A stretch of 15,473 bases of DNA, taken from the NCBI GenBank assembly GCA_044342325.1, contig JBIIPZ010000055.1, positions 1-15,473 of the forward strand, in the 5' to 3' direction. The number at the start of each line of letters is the position of its first letter. Within the stretch, counting starts at the first letter, position 1. Position numbers and translations under genes: made by a program. Below the pieces are notes generated by a model, which was not told where the DNA came from, made no database searches, and saw only the letters and a program-made list of their open reading frames with translations. Origin of the DNA: Terrimicrobiaceae bacterium. Its GTDB lineage: Bacteria > Verrucomicrobiota > Verrucomicrobiia > Chthoniobacterales > Terrimicrobiaceae. This document shows, one piece after another, positions 5,808-15,473 of this stretch.

Positions 5808-7109
5808 TCAATTGAAAAAAGCCTTCTCGCGAAGCAATGCGACCGTGCGGGCTGTGGCGCCGCGATGGACTTCGAGGCACCGGACTCCACGCTCGACCAT
5901 GGCTGCGCGGGTCTCGGGTGCTGATAGAAGCGACTCGACAGCGGCTTGGAGACTGGCTTCATCGCGGATTTCAATGGCCGCTTGTGAGCGGAGGAGACCT
6001 TGGACAAGTGAGGCAAAGTTCCGCATGTGTGGGCCGAAAATAACGGGAACTCCTGCGGTGATCGGCTCGGCGGGGTTTTGTCCGCCGCGATCGCAGAGGC
6101 TTTTTCCAATGAAAACGACAGTCGCGCAGAGATACCAACTCGCGAGTTCACCGGTCGTGTCCACGAGGAGGACATCCGGTTTTAAAGATGTTTCCGTGCG
6201 GGTGCGGCGGGCGACTTTGAGTCCCATACGCTCCATTTGGTTCGCTACCGAGTCGCCGCGTTCCTGATGTCGAGGAACGAGTATGAGAAAGAGTTCGGGC
6301 TTGGATTTTCGGAGCTCCAGAAAAACGCGGGCGAGAATCTCCTCCTCGCCTTCGAATGTGCTGCCGCCAAGAAGGACAGGCGCAGTCGCCGGAACGCCCA
6401 GTGCATCCAGCACAGGGCGGAAATTCCGCACGGGACGCGGGGCGTTGGCTGAGTCGTCGAATTTGATGCTGCCAGTGACATGGAGTTTTTCCGGTTTCAC
6501 GCCGAGGGATGTCCATCGCGAGATGTCCTCTGGTTCCTGCAGGCAAAGGGCGTCGAGTTGATTGAACAATGGCGCGGCGATGAGACGGGCGGCGCGGAAG
6601 CGTTTCTCGGAGCGGGGAGAGAGGCGGGCATTGACCAAAACAGCTTTGGCTCCGAGGCGGCGGGCTTCGCAAACGACATTCGGCCAGACTTCGGCCTCCA
6701 CAAGGATGAGGGCTCTTGGGTTGATCAGACGCACCGCGCGTCGTGCTACCGGGAGGAAGTCTAGCGGATTGTAGATCGGTTCGAGCCATGTGGATTTGCG
6801 TGAGGCGGCGAGTTTGAAGCCGGTCGAGGTCGTGGTGGAGAGGATAAATGCCAGCGAGGGATCGGTGTCACGCAGAGCCTGGATGAGTTTGAGGGCAATA
6901 TTCACCTCGCCTACGCTCACGGCGTGGACCCAGACCCGATTGGTGCCCGCGATTTTTTGCCGAACACCGGGTGAGTAAATGGCGAAGCGTTGTCCGAATT
7001 TGTGGCGGTATTTTCCACGACGGAGCATTCGCACAAGGAAGCCTGGGAGCATCAACAGGACCGCTGCGGGGAAGAGGATGTTGTAAAGGAAGCGAACCGG
7101 ACCAATCAT
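5808..7109 (-). CDS. waaA: 3-deoxy-D-manno-octulosonic acid (Kdo) transferase
   Basis: N-terminal TM segment, VWVHAVSVGE, STTTSTG, LVEAEVWPN, VNARLS, TGSIKFD, LVPRHQER, DTTGEL and GGQNPAEP. Overlaps the rsmD stop as ATGA. Confidence 0.96.
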   Translation of the reverse strand: MIGPVRFLYNILFPAAVLLMLPGFLVRMLRRGKYRHKFGQRFAIYSPGVRQKIAGTNRVWVHAVSVGEVNIALKLIQALRDTDPSLAFILSTTTSTGFKLAASRKSTWLEPIYNPLDFLPVARRAVRLINPRALILVEAEVWPNVVCEARRLGAKAVLVNARLSPRSEKRFRAARLIAAPLFNQLDALCLQEPEDISRWTSLGVKPEKLHVTGSIKFDDSANAPRPVRNFRPVLDALGVPATAPVLLGGSTFEGEEEILARVFLELRKSKPELFLILVPRHQERGDSVANQMERMGLKVARRTRTETSLKPDVLLVDTTGELASWYLCATVVFIGKSLCDRGGQNPAEPITAGVPVIFGPHMRNFASLVQGLLRSQAAIEIRDEASLQAAVESLLSAPETRAAMVERGVRCLEVHRGATARTVALLREKAFFN

Positions 7110-7657
7110 TTTCTGGCAAAGTAGAGGACTTCGCTGCCTCCGTAGCGTTTGCTGCGCAGGATTTCAAAGGCGGAATCTGTTAACGCCGGTCCGCCAGATT
7201 GCCTTTCCAGCACGAAAAGTCCGTCGGGCTTGAGTGCTGCCGCGAGCTTGAGAGAAGTGGCCAGTAACGCCGAGTGGTCGGTGTCACCTTGTTTCTTCGA
7301 ATACGGAGGATCCGCAAAAATGAGGTCGAAGGAACCCTCCTCCGCATATTGGTCGAGGAAACGGTAGGCCTCCATCGTCTGGACGACGGCTTCGGCTTTG
7401 GCCATGCGCAGATTCTCGCGGATGCAGCGCACGCAGCGTTCATTTTCATCAACAAAAACAGCGGAGTCCGCGCCTCGGCTGAGGGCTTCGATTCCCATGC
7501 CACCTGAGCCGGCAAAGAGGTCGAGCACGCGGGCGCCTGGAACGCGCTCGCCGAGGCTTGAGAAGATGGCGGCTCGAACGCGATCCATAGTGGGACGAAG
7601 TCCGTCGGGAGGGGCTTTGAGAGGTCGGCCGCCTGCGCTGCCGGCAATGATTCGCAT
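7106..7657 (-). CDS. rsmD: 16S rRNA (guanine(966)-N2)-methyltransferase
   Basis: MRIIAG..GGRPL, LRPTMDRVRAAIFSSL, VLDLFAGSGGMGIEALSRGA and FDLIFADPPY. Confidence 0.96.
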   Translation of the reverse strand: MRIIAGSAGGRPLKAPPDGLRPTMDRVRAAIFSSLGERVPGARVLDLFAGSGGMGIEALSRGADSAVFVDENERCVRCIRENLRMAKAEAVVQTMEAYRFLDQYAEEGSFDLIFADPPYSKKQGDTDHSALLATSLKLAAALKPDGLFVLERQSGGPALTDSAFEILRSKRYGGSEVLYFARK

Positions 7658-7662
7658 GGGTG

Positions 7663-9159
7663 TCAGTTCGTCGGCGCGGGTGTGGCGGCGGGTTTGGTTT
7701 CTTTTTTCTTTTTCTCTTTCTTCGGCATTCGGAGGAGGTTTTTCAGTAGTCCGCCCACATCGTCGCCGAGGCGCACGCCGACCAATTTGTCCAGCAGGTC
7801 GCTTTTTGGCCTCGTCATGGTGCCGGTGATCGAGAACGGCATGTGCGAGTAGCCCTCGCGGTCGGAGGTTTGGAATTTCGAACCCATGAAGCCGAGGGAG
7901 TCCTTGAGGAGTTTTTGGGTCACATGGAAACGAGCGTCCAGATCGAGCGATCCGTCGAGTCCGGCCTGCCCGGTGGCATCGACGAGGAGGTTGGAGGATT
8001 CGAGTTCGAGGCGGTCGACGAGGATTTTTCCGTCGCGGATGGTCAGAGTGGTCTGGGCGTTGCGGAGTTCGAGTATGCGAAGCTCGTTAATGCGGAGGAG
8101 TTCTCCAAGTTGGCGCAGAGGGTCGATGGGTTGCATGCGCGCTTCCGTGAGGTTGGCCGAGGCTTCGCCAGTGAATGACTCGGGCTGGCCGGGAATGCCC
8201 TGGAGGTTTGTTTTTGCGAAGAGAAATCCCTGCGTTCCCTCGGCTGTGAAGCCCGCGTCTTCGGCGAGTTTCTGGAGTGAGACATTTTCAGCGGCGAGTG
8301 AACTGGTGAAAAATGGCGTCGGCGTTTTAGAAACCTCCAAGCCTCCCTTGAGTGTTCCTTGAGCCCAGGAGCCCTGTATGTCTGTAATTTTGAGGTGGCC
8401 GTCGTGGTATTCAAAATTGCCCGTGATATCTGTGCATCGCGCCATTTCGGAGAACGCTGCGGTCTTGATGCGGAAGATTCCAGTGGCCGAACCACCTGGC
8501 GAGATCTTGCCCTCTGCCTCGAGACCTTCCAACCGGATCGGGCGGCCTTGCGCGGGGTAAAAAAATGCCTTCCCCTCATGAATTCGGATATTTTCGACAA
8601 TTAGAGGTGTCGCGCGCACTTGCATTTCCTTTGGAGGTTGTGCGGCACGGGTCGAAGGGGGAGGGGTGGGGGCAGAATCTGGCTTCGTGTCGGGAGTGGG
8701 CAACTTCGCGATCTCTGCATCTTGGGGGCCTTGGCGAGGAGCGGCAGGTTTTTTATCTAAATCCTGAAATGGAAGGGCTGATCCGCCTGGCCAGACTCCG
8801 CTTTGGCCTTGAACAACTAAGAGCGAGGGGTGCTCGAAAGTGACATCTTTAATCAAGATCCGCCCTTGGAACAGAGCGGGCAGACTCACTCGGCATTTCA
8901 TGGACCGGACCGCAAGCAGTGGCTTTTTTGCATTGTCGGCTTGCGGGATTTTGATTCCCGACAGAGCGAGGCCTGACCATGGGGTGTAGTATGTCTGGTT
9001 GATCACAGGTTCGAATCCGGTTGCTCGGGAAACGGCTTGGCGCAATTTGAGCTGCACGCCTGCTGATTGGAGATAGATGTTCAGACAGAGGACTGCCGTA
9101 GCACACAGGACAGATAATATCCCGCTAATGATCAGAATTGGCTTGGCAATCGAACGCAC
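7663..9159 (-). CDS. AsmA-like family protein (putative envelope lipid-transport bridge)
   Basis: N-terminal TM anchor, repeated amphipathic beta strands, a Pro-rich linker, and C-terminal ATGQAGLDGSLDL...MPFSITGTMTRPK typical of AsmA-like C-termini. GTG start. Confidence 0.75.
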   Translation of the reverse strand: MRSIAKPILIISGILSVLCATAVLCLNIYLQSAGVQLKLRQAVSRATGFEPVINQTYYTPWSGLALSGIKIPQADNAKKPLLAVRSMKCRVSLPALFQGRILIKDVTFEHPSLLVVQGQSGVWPGGSALPFQDLDKKPAAPRQGPQDAEIAKLPTPDTKPDSAPTPPPSTRAAQPPKEMQVRATPLIVENIRIHEGKAFFYPAQGRPIRLEGLEAEGKISPGGSATGIFRIKTAAFSEMARCTDITGNFEYHDGHLKITDIQGSWAQGTLKGGLEVSKTPTPFFTSSLAAENVSLQKLAEDAGFTAEGTQGFLFAKTNLQGIPGQPESFTGEASANLTEARMQPIDPLRQLGELLRINELRILELRNAQTTLTIRDGKILVDRLELESSNLLVDATGQAGLDGSLDLDARFHVTQKLLKDSLGFMGSKFQTSDREGYSHMPFSITGTMTRPKSDLLDKLVGVRLGDDVGGLLKNLLRMPKKEKKKKETKPAATPAPTN

Positions 9160-9195
9160 GGAATGAAGCTACCGCTCTTCTTTTGAAAGTGAAGT

Positions 9196-10056
9196 GTGAA
9201 TAAGACGCTCATCATTCTAAACCCTGCCGCCCGAAGCGAAAAAGCCAGTCGTTTACAGGAGCACATTTCCGCGCTTTCAGGCGGAGTGCCCATGCGGCTC
9301 ACCACCGAAGCGGGTGACGCCCGTCGCATCGCCGCCGAGGCTGTGCAAGCCGGAGTGGAGGTCATCATTGCAGCGGGTGGGGATGGCACGCTCAACGAAG
9401 TCGTCAACGGCATTGGCAACGCGCCGGTGCGCTTGGGAATTCTTCCTGTTGGCACGATGAATGTCTTTGCCACCGAGCTTGGTATTCCCCATGGCAATTT
9501 GGAGCGGGCTTGGGGGATCATCGAGGCTGGGAAGGTGGTGGCCGTAGATCTTCCCAAAGCAAATGACACCCGCTTCATTCAACTGGCCGGAGTGGGACTG
9601 GATGCCGAGGTGGTTCGCAAAACCACCGCCGATTCCAAAAAAGCGCTGGGGCCTCTGAGTTATCTTCTCACGCTTGTGCAGGTCGCTGCCCACAAGCCCG
9701 CCCGCGTCGAGCTCGTGGCCGAAGGCGGGCATGTGCGCGAAGGGTCTTTCGCGCTTATCGGCAACGGCCGTCTCTATGGCGGGCCATTCCCCGTTTTCAA
9801 ACGGGCGAGTTTGTATGATGGACTGCTGGACGTGCTGGTTTTCCAAAACCAGAGCCACTGGGATGTCGTGCGCTATTTTCAGGCTATCGCCTTCGGCACC
9901 CATCCGGAGTTGCCCGATGTGGAGTATTTTCAGACAAGCAGTCTCCGGGTGACAAGCCAGGGTGACATACCGGTCGAACTCGATGGCGAAATCGCCGGAG
10001 TTCTTCCATGCTTATTCTCGGTGGAATCTGAAAAACTGCAGGTCATCGTGCCGTGA
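9196..10056 (+). CDS. Diacylglycerol kinase family (YegS/DgkB/BmrU) lipid kinase
   Basis: IILNPAA, AAGGDGTLNEVVNG, GILPVGTMNVFA, AGVGLDAEV, GNGRLYGG, DGLLDV and ELDGE. GTG start. Confidence 0.93.
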   Translation: MNKTLIILNPAARSEKASRLQEHISALSGGVPMRLTTEAGDARRIAAEAVQAGVEVIIAAGGDGTLNEVVNGIGNAPVRLGILPVGTMNVFATELGIPHGNLERAWGIIEAGKVVAVDLPKANDTRFIQLAGVGLDAEVVRKTTADSKKALGPLSYLLTLVQVAAHKPARVELVAEGGHVREGSFALIGNGRLYGGPFPVFKRASLYDGLLDVLVFQNQSHWDVVRYFQAIAFGTHPELPDVEYFQTSSLRVTSQGDIPVELDGEIAGVLPCLFSVESEKLQVIVP

Positions 10057-10069
10057 CCCGCGAATCGAC

Positions 10070-10098
10070 TTGCCTCCACGCCATTCGGTAAATAATCT
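10070..10098 (+). promoter_or_regulatory. Putative sigma70 promoter for tRNA-Val
   Basis: TTGCCT (10070-10075), 17 nt, TAATCT (10093-10098), about 60 nt upstream of the tRNA. Confidence 0.5.
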
Positions 10099-10159
10099 TC
10101 ACACTTCACTGCCTGCCAGAGGTTGTGGAAAATCAAACCCGATCTCCTGAATGGAATCC

Positions 10160-10234
10160 GCGCGATTAGCTCAGCGGTAGAGCGCTTGCTTCACACGCAA
10201 GAAGTCACAGGTTCGAACCCTGTATCGCGCACCA
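10160..10234 (+). tRNA. tRNA-Val (anticodon CAC)
   Basis: Acceptor stem GCGCGAT/ATCGCGC, D-arm GCTC..GAGC, anticodon arm CTTGC-TTCACAC-GCAAG, T-arm ACAGG-TTCGAAC-CCTGT, discriminator A and encoded CCA. Confidence 0.98.
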
Positions 10235-10309
10235 TCCCTGCTAGCCCCCTTTACCCCCGGAGTCCTGCCATTGTAGTGAGCCTGACTCCTGAGGTATTCG
10301 AGATGGGAT

Positions 10310-12529
<2,220 letters not shown>

Positions 12530-12598
12530 CTACGATGGGGAGTGGGCTGGAGTTATGTTATTTTTCGCGGGAAAGAAAATAATAGCCTCTGACAGATT

Positions 12599-14386
12599 TC
12601 AAGGAATGTCGTCTCCTTTGACAATCCGGTAGCCGCGAATTCTGAGATATTCAGGGACTTTTTCGGACAGCATTTCCTCATCTGTGAGAGGCTGAATGGC
12701 AAAGCGTGATGCCGATGTCGCAGTGAAGTCTTTCAGGGCGGTGGGAGCGTCATCCTTTGCATGGACAACAAGCGAGGTGCACTCAGGGATGGTCACATTT
12801 TCCAAACGAACATCGCCTTCGAGGATAAGTGTGGCGTCGCCGGAGATGCTGCCGCCATGAATTTTTTCGCGAACCTCGGCCAGAGTCAGGGCAAACGAAG
12901 GCCTGAGAATGACGCGAGGGCCTGTAGTGAATGGAACGCCTCTGAGCATCTGGCGGGGACTGTCCTCGACTCGCATTCCTGCGGCGCGAAGCTTGGCGCG
13001 TCCCGTTTCGTAGAAATCATTTTCGGCGCTGGATGCACTCTCTGGCGGTCCATTTTGAATCACCTTCTGCGCCGCATCTGTGAGATTGTTTTTGCACGCA
13101 CTGAAGCACCAGGTGCGATCGAAGACGGTCACGCCGACTTTTTCGCCTGAAGTGAAGTTTTTCGGCAGGTCCTGCATGAGCGTTTCCAGGCGGGCTGGTT
13201 TTTTGAAGCTGGTGCGGGTGGCATCCGAGAATTTGGGATTCACAAATTCCGCCACCACTCCGCCGGAGGACTCGAGGACTTTCAGGTAGGGGGTCAAGCG
13301 AACGATAAGAAGGTTGATATTTCCCGGAAACTTTGAGAAGCCGCTCTCATCTGGAACATCGCCTTCGGGGCTCACCGTGGCGCGGAGGAGGGGATCCAGG
13401 AGATTGTATTCCACATTGATCGTCAGATCGGAGGCGCAGTTTCGCACCAGGCGGGCGATGCCGCCTACAGCCTCGCCGGGAATACGGTTCACCGCGATGG
13501 AATTGAAGTCATAGCCGCGCTGTTCCGAGACTCCGATTGCTGCGAATGCGGCATTGAAGACTTGGCCATTCGTGTCCTGAATGAAAAGAAGGTAGCGCAC
13601 GCCGGAGTCCGCCAGCTTTTTGGCTGTGCCGCTTGTGTGCAGGAGCGTGTGAATGTCGCCGTGACCATGTGGTTTCAAGAGGAGTTCGTATTTTTTCTCC
13701 AGCGCGAGGCTGGCCTTCATGTCCGAAAGGGCGGGGACGAGTTCCTGGCGAAGGATGGTGATCTGTCCTGCTTCGAGGCCGAAATTTTTATTTGCTGCGA
13801 GTGAGGCCCTGGTGCCTTCATCCGTGTCGCGGCTTGTCATGATAATGAGTGGAATCGCGCGCCCCAAGCGCTTCGATGCGGCCTTAATCACCGAGGCGTA
13901 GTGGGCGAGGTAGCTCGTCGTTTCGGTGACCTCGACCGGGATGTCGAGTTTGATGCCATGATAACCCAAGCGCTCGCCAAGCCCGCCTGCCACGAGAACC
14001 ACAGCCGATTCCGCGAAGCACTTTAAGCCCACGGCTTCGGCGGCTTCGTAGTCCGACCCGAAGGACGAGAGGTCCACCAAGTCAGGTTGAGCCGGTGTGC
14101 AGCCATCAAAGGGATTCGACCCCGCAGCTGCCTCCGCCAGAAGCAGGCGCGCATTGCGGGTGTAGGCCGTCAACCCGCCGGGATAAGCAAGGTGGGCATT
14201 CAACAATGTCGCCATGAACCGCTGCTTCTCCTCATCGTGAATCCCTAGCGCATCCCAATCCGAAAAAAGGTGCAACTGGCCATCCGAGATCAACTCCGAA
14301 GCAAGTTCGAGCTGATCCTCGGAAAAAAGACCTGCTGAGGCATTCGCGGAAAATGCCGCCGGAGCTTGTGCGCTGAGATTATGCAT
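12599..14386 (-). CDS. UDP-sugar pyrophosphorylase (UTP-monosaccharide-1-phosphate uridylyltransferase, USP, plant/protist type), 595 aa
   Basis: GQLHLFSDW, YPGGLTAY, NPFDG, VLVAGGLGERLGYHGIK, KPHGHGDIH, FIQDTN, NVEYN, FPGNIN and EFVNPK...FKKPARLETLMQD match the USP motif series, followed by a C-terminal beta-helix-like region. Confidence 0.85.
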   Translation of the reverse strand: MHNLSAQAPAAFSANASAGLFSEDQLELASELISDGQLHLFSDWDALGIHDEEKQRFMATLLNAHLAYPGGLTAYTRNARLLLAEAAAGSNPFDGCTPAQPDLVDLSSFGSDYEAAEAVGLKCFAESAVVLVAGGLGERLGYHGIKLDIPVEVTETTSYLAHYASVIKAASKRLGRAIPLIIMTSRDTDEGTRASLAANKNFGLEAGQITILRQELVPALSDMKASLALEKKYELLLKPHGHGDIHTLLHTSGTAKKLADSGVRYLLFIQDTNGQVFNAAFAAIGVSEQRGYDFNSIAVNRIPGEAVGGIARLVRNCASDLTINVEYNLLDPLLRATVSPEGDVPDESGFSKFPGNINLLIVRLTPYLKVLESSGGVVAEFVNPKFSDATRTSFKKPARLETLMQDLPKNFTSGEKVGVTVFDRTWCFSACKNNLTDAAQKVIQNGPPESASSAENDFYETGRAKLRAAGMRVEDSPRQMLRGVPFTTGPRVILRPSFALTLAEVREKIHGGSISGDATLILEGDVRLENVTIPECTSLVVHAKDDAPTALKDFTATSASRFAIQPLTDEEMLSEKVPEYLRIRGYRIVKGDDIP

Positions 14387-14435
14387 TCCCCAAGCTCACT
14401 CGAAATCCAAGCGCCTTGCAATTTCACAATCCAAT

Positions 14436-15473
14436 GGGAGTGTAAAGATTCGTCTGTAAAAGTCCGCACGAGGCATTGGACAGCCGCACTGGCAACCGAT
14501 GGAGCGTAGCGGAATCGGCTGCCAGTGCGGCGGCGCGCCGACCTCCTCCCGGTTCTCCGGGGTTGTAGGCGTCCGTCCAAGGCCAGACACTGAAGGTGCT
14601 AAAACCAAAACAGCACCAGCCATGAACGAACACACACAGACTAACGAACTCGATCCACTCATCAATCTCCTTTTCGGCGACGGCCTTCAGAACGCCCTCC
14701 CCCGAATCGCCGAAATCCTAATGAACGCCGCCATGATGCTCGAACGCGAAAACCACATCGGAGCCGCTCCCTACCAGCGCGGAGTCGAGCGAAATGGCTA
14801 CGCCAACGGCTTCAAGCCCCGCATGTTCCATACCGGAATCGGAGCCCTGAAACTTTCCGTTCCCCAGGTTCGTGAAAGCGACAGGGTCTTTTCCACATCG
14901 TTGCTGGAAAAGGGTTCTCGCAGTGATCGCGCCCTCAAATCCGCCATCGCCACCATGTATGTCGAGGGCGTCAGCACCCGCCGAGTCACCAAAATCATGG
15001 AGGAACTCTGCGGCTTCGAGGTCTCCTCCGGCCAGGTCTCCAATCTCAACAAGCAGCTCGACACCGAATTCGGAAAATGGCGCAACCGCCCCCTGCCTCC
15101 GACCAGCTACATGACCCTTGATGCCACCTACTACAAAGTCCGCATCGACGGGGTCGTCCGCGATTGTGCCACTCTCATCGCCTACGGGGTTCGTCGCGAC
15201 GATGGCAAACGCATGATCCTCGGCGTCAGTTGCGCTCTTTCGGAAGCGGAAGTCCACTGGCGCGGCTTCCTGGACGGACTCAAAGAGCGCGGCATCGGCA
15301 TCCCGGATCTCGTCACCTCCGATGCCCACAGCGGCCTGAAAGCGGCGCTCAAGGCCGCGCTCAACGGCACCCCGTGGCAGCGTTGCCAGTTCCATCTCCA
15401 GCAAAACGCCCAGGAATACGTCACCAAACAGCATCTCAAAGGCAAGGTCGCCTCGGACATCAAAGTCATTTTC
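14436..15473 (+). mobile_element. IS256-family insertion sequence (left part; continues beyond the window)
   Basis: Putative left terminal repeat starting GGGAGTGTAAAGATT at 14436, followed by an IS256-type transposase. The boundary is inferred because the right end is not visible. Confidence 0.8.
14622..15473 (+). CDS. IS256-family (Mutator-like) DDE transposase, 3' truncated by the window edge
   Basis: Own translation, absent from the track because it has no stop: MNEHTQ...ERENHIGAAPYQR...NGYANGFKPR...VPQVR...MYVEGVSTRRV...VSSGQVS...LDATYYKVR...SEAEVHWRGFLDGLKERG...VTSDAHSGL...WQRCQFH. Open for 284 codons to the window end. Confidence 0.95.
   Translation, partial: MNEHTQTNELDPLINLLFGDGLQNALPRIAEILMNAAMMLERENHIGAAPYQRGVERNGYANGFKPRMFHTGIGALKLSVPQVRESDRVFSTSLLEKGSRSDRALKSAIATMYVEGVSTRRVTKIMEELCGFEVSSGQVSNLNKQLDTEFGKWRNRPLPPTSYMTLDATYYKVRIDGVVRDCATLIAYGVRRDDGKRMILGVSCALSEAEVHWRGFLDGLKERGIGIPDLVTSDAHSGLKAALKAALNGTPWQRCQFHLQQNAQEYVTKQHLKGKVASDIKVIF

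Noticed and set aside
5521..6267. 248-aa + strand ORF and other ORFs crossing the 155-bp repeats
   Set aside because: They are translations of the palindromic repeat plus antisense waaA, with no protein-like features.
12558..12582. TTATTTT...AAAATAA inverted repeat upstream of katG as an OxyR/PerR site or terminator
   Set aside because: AT-only arms and no convincing match to a known box; function cannot be assigned.
14718..15434. 238-aa minus strand ORF
   Set aside because: Antisense to the IS256 transposase, which is the real gene on the + strand.

Overview
A GC-rich bacterial chromosomal segment. Protein features suggest Verrucomicrobiota (PVC), which is an inference. The first ~3.5 kb is an accessory island: a RES-Xre toxin-antitoxin pair, then a 516-aa Fic protein with an AbiEi-like N-terminus and three upstream direct repeats. 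The Fic gene sits between two apparent remnants of conjugation (type IV secretion) genes. Core genes follow: a stand-alone nuoEF pair, a tandem doublet of REP-like palindromic elements, the asmA-like/rsmD/waaA operon, a divergent DAGK-family lipid kinase and tRNA-Val(CAC). Beyond the tRNA are catalase-peroxidase katG, a strikingly plant/protist-type UDP-sugar pyrophosphorylase, and the left end of an IS256-family element that runs off the window. All family assignments come from motif recognition by eye; no searches were run.
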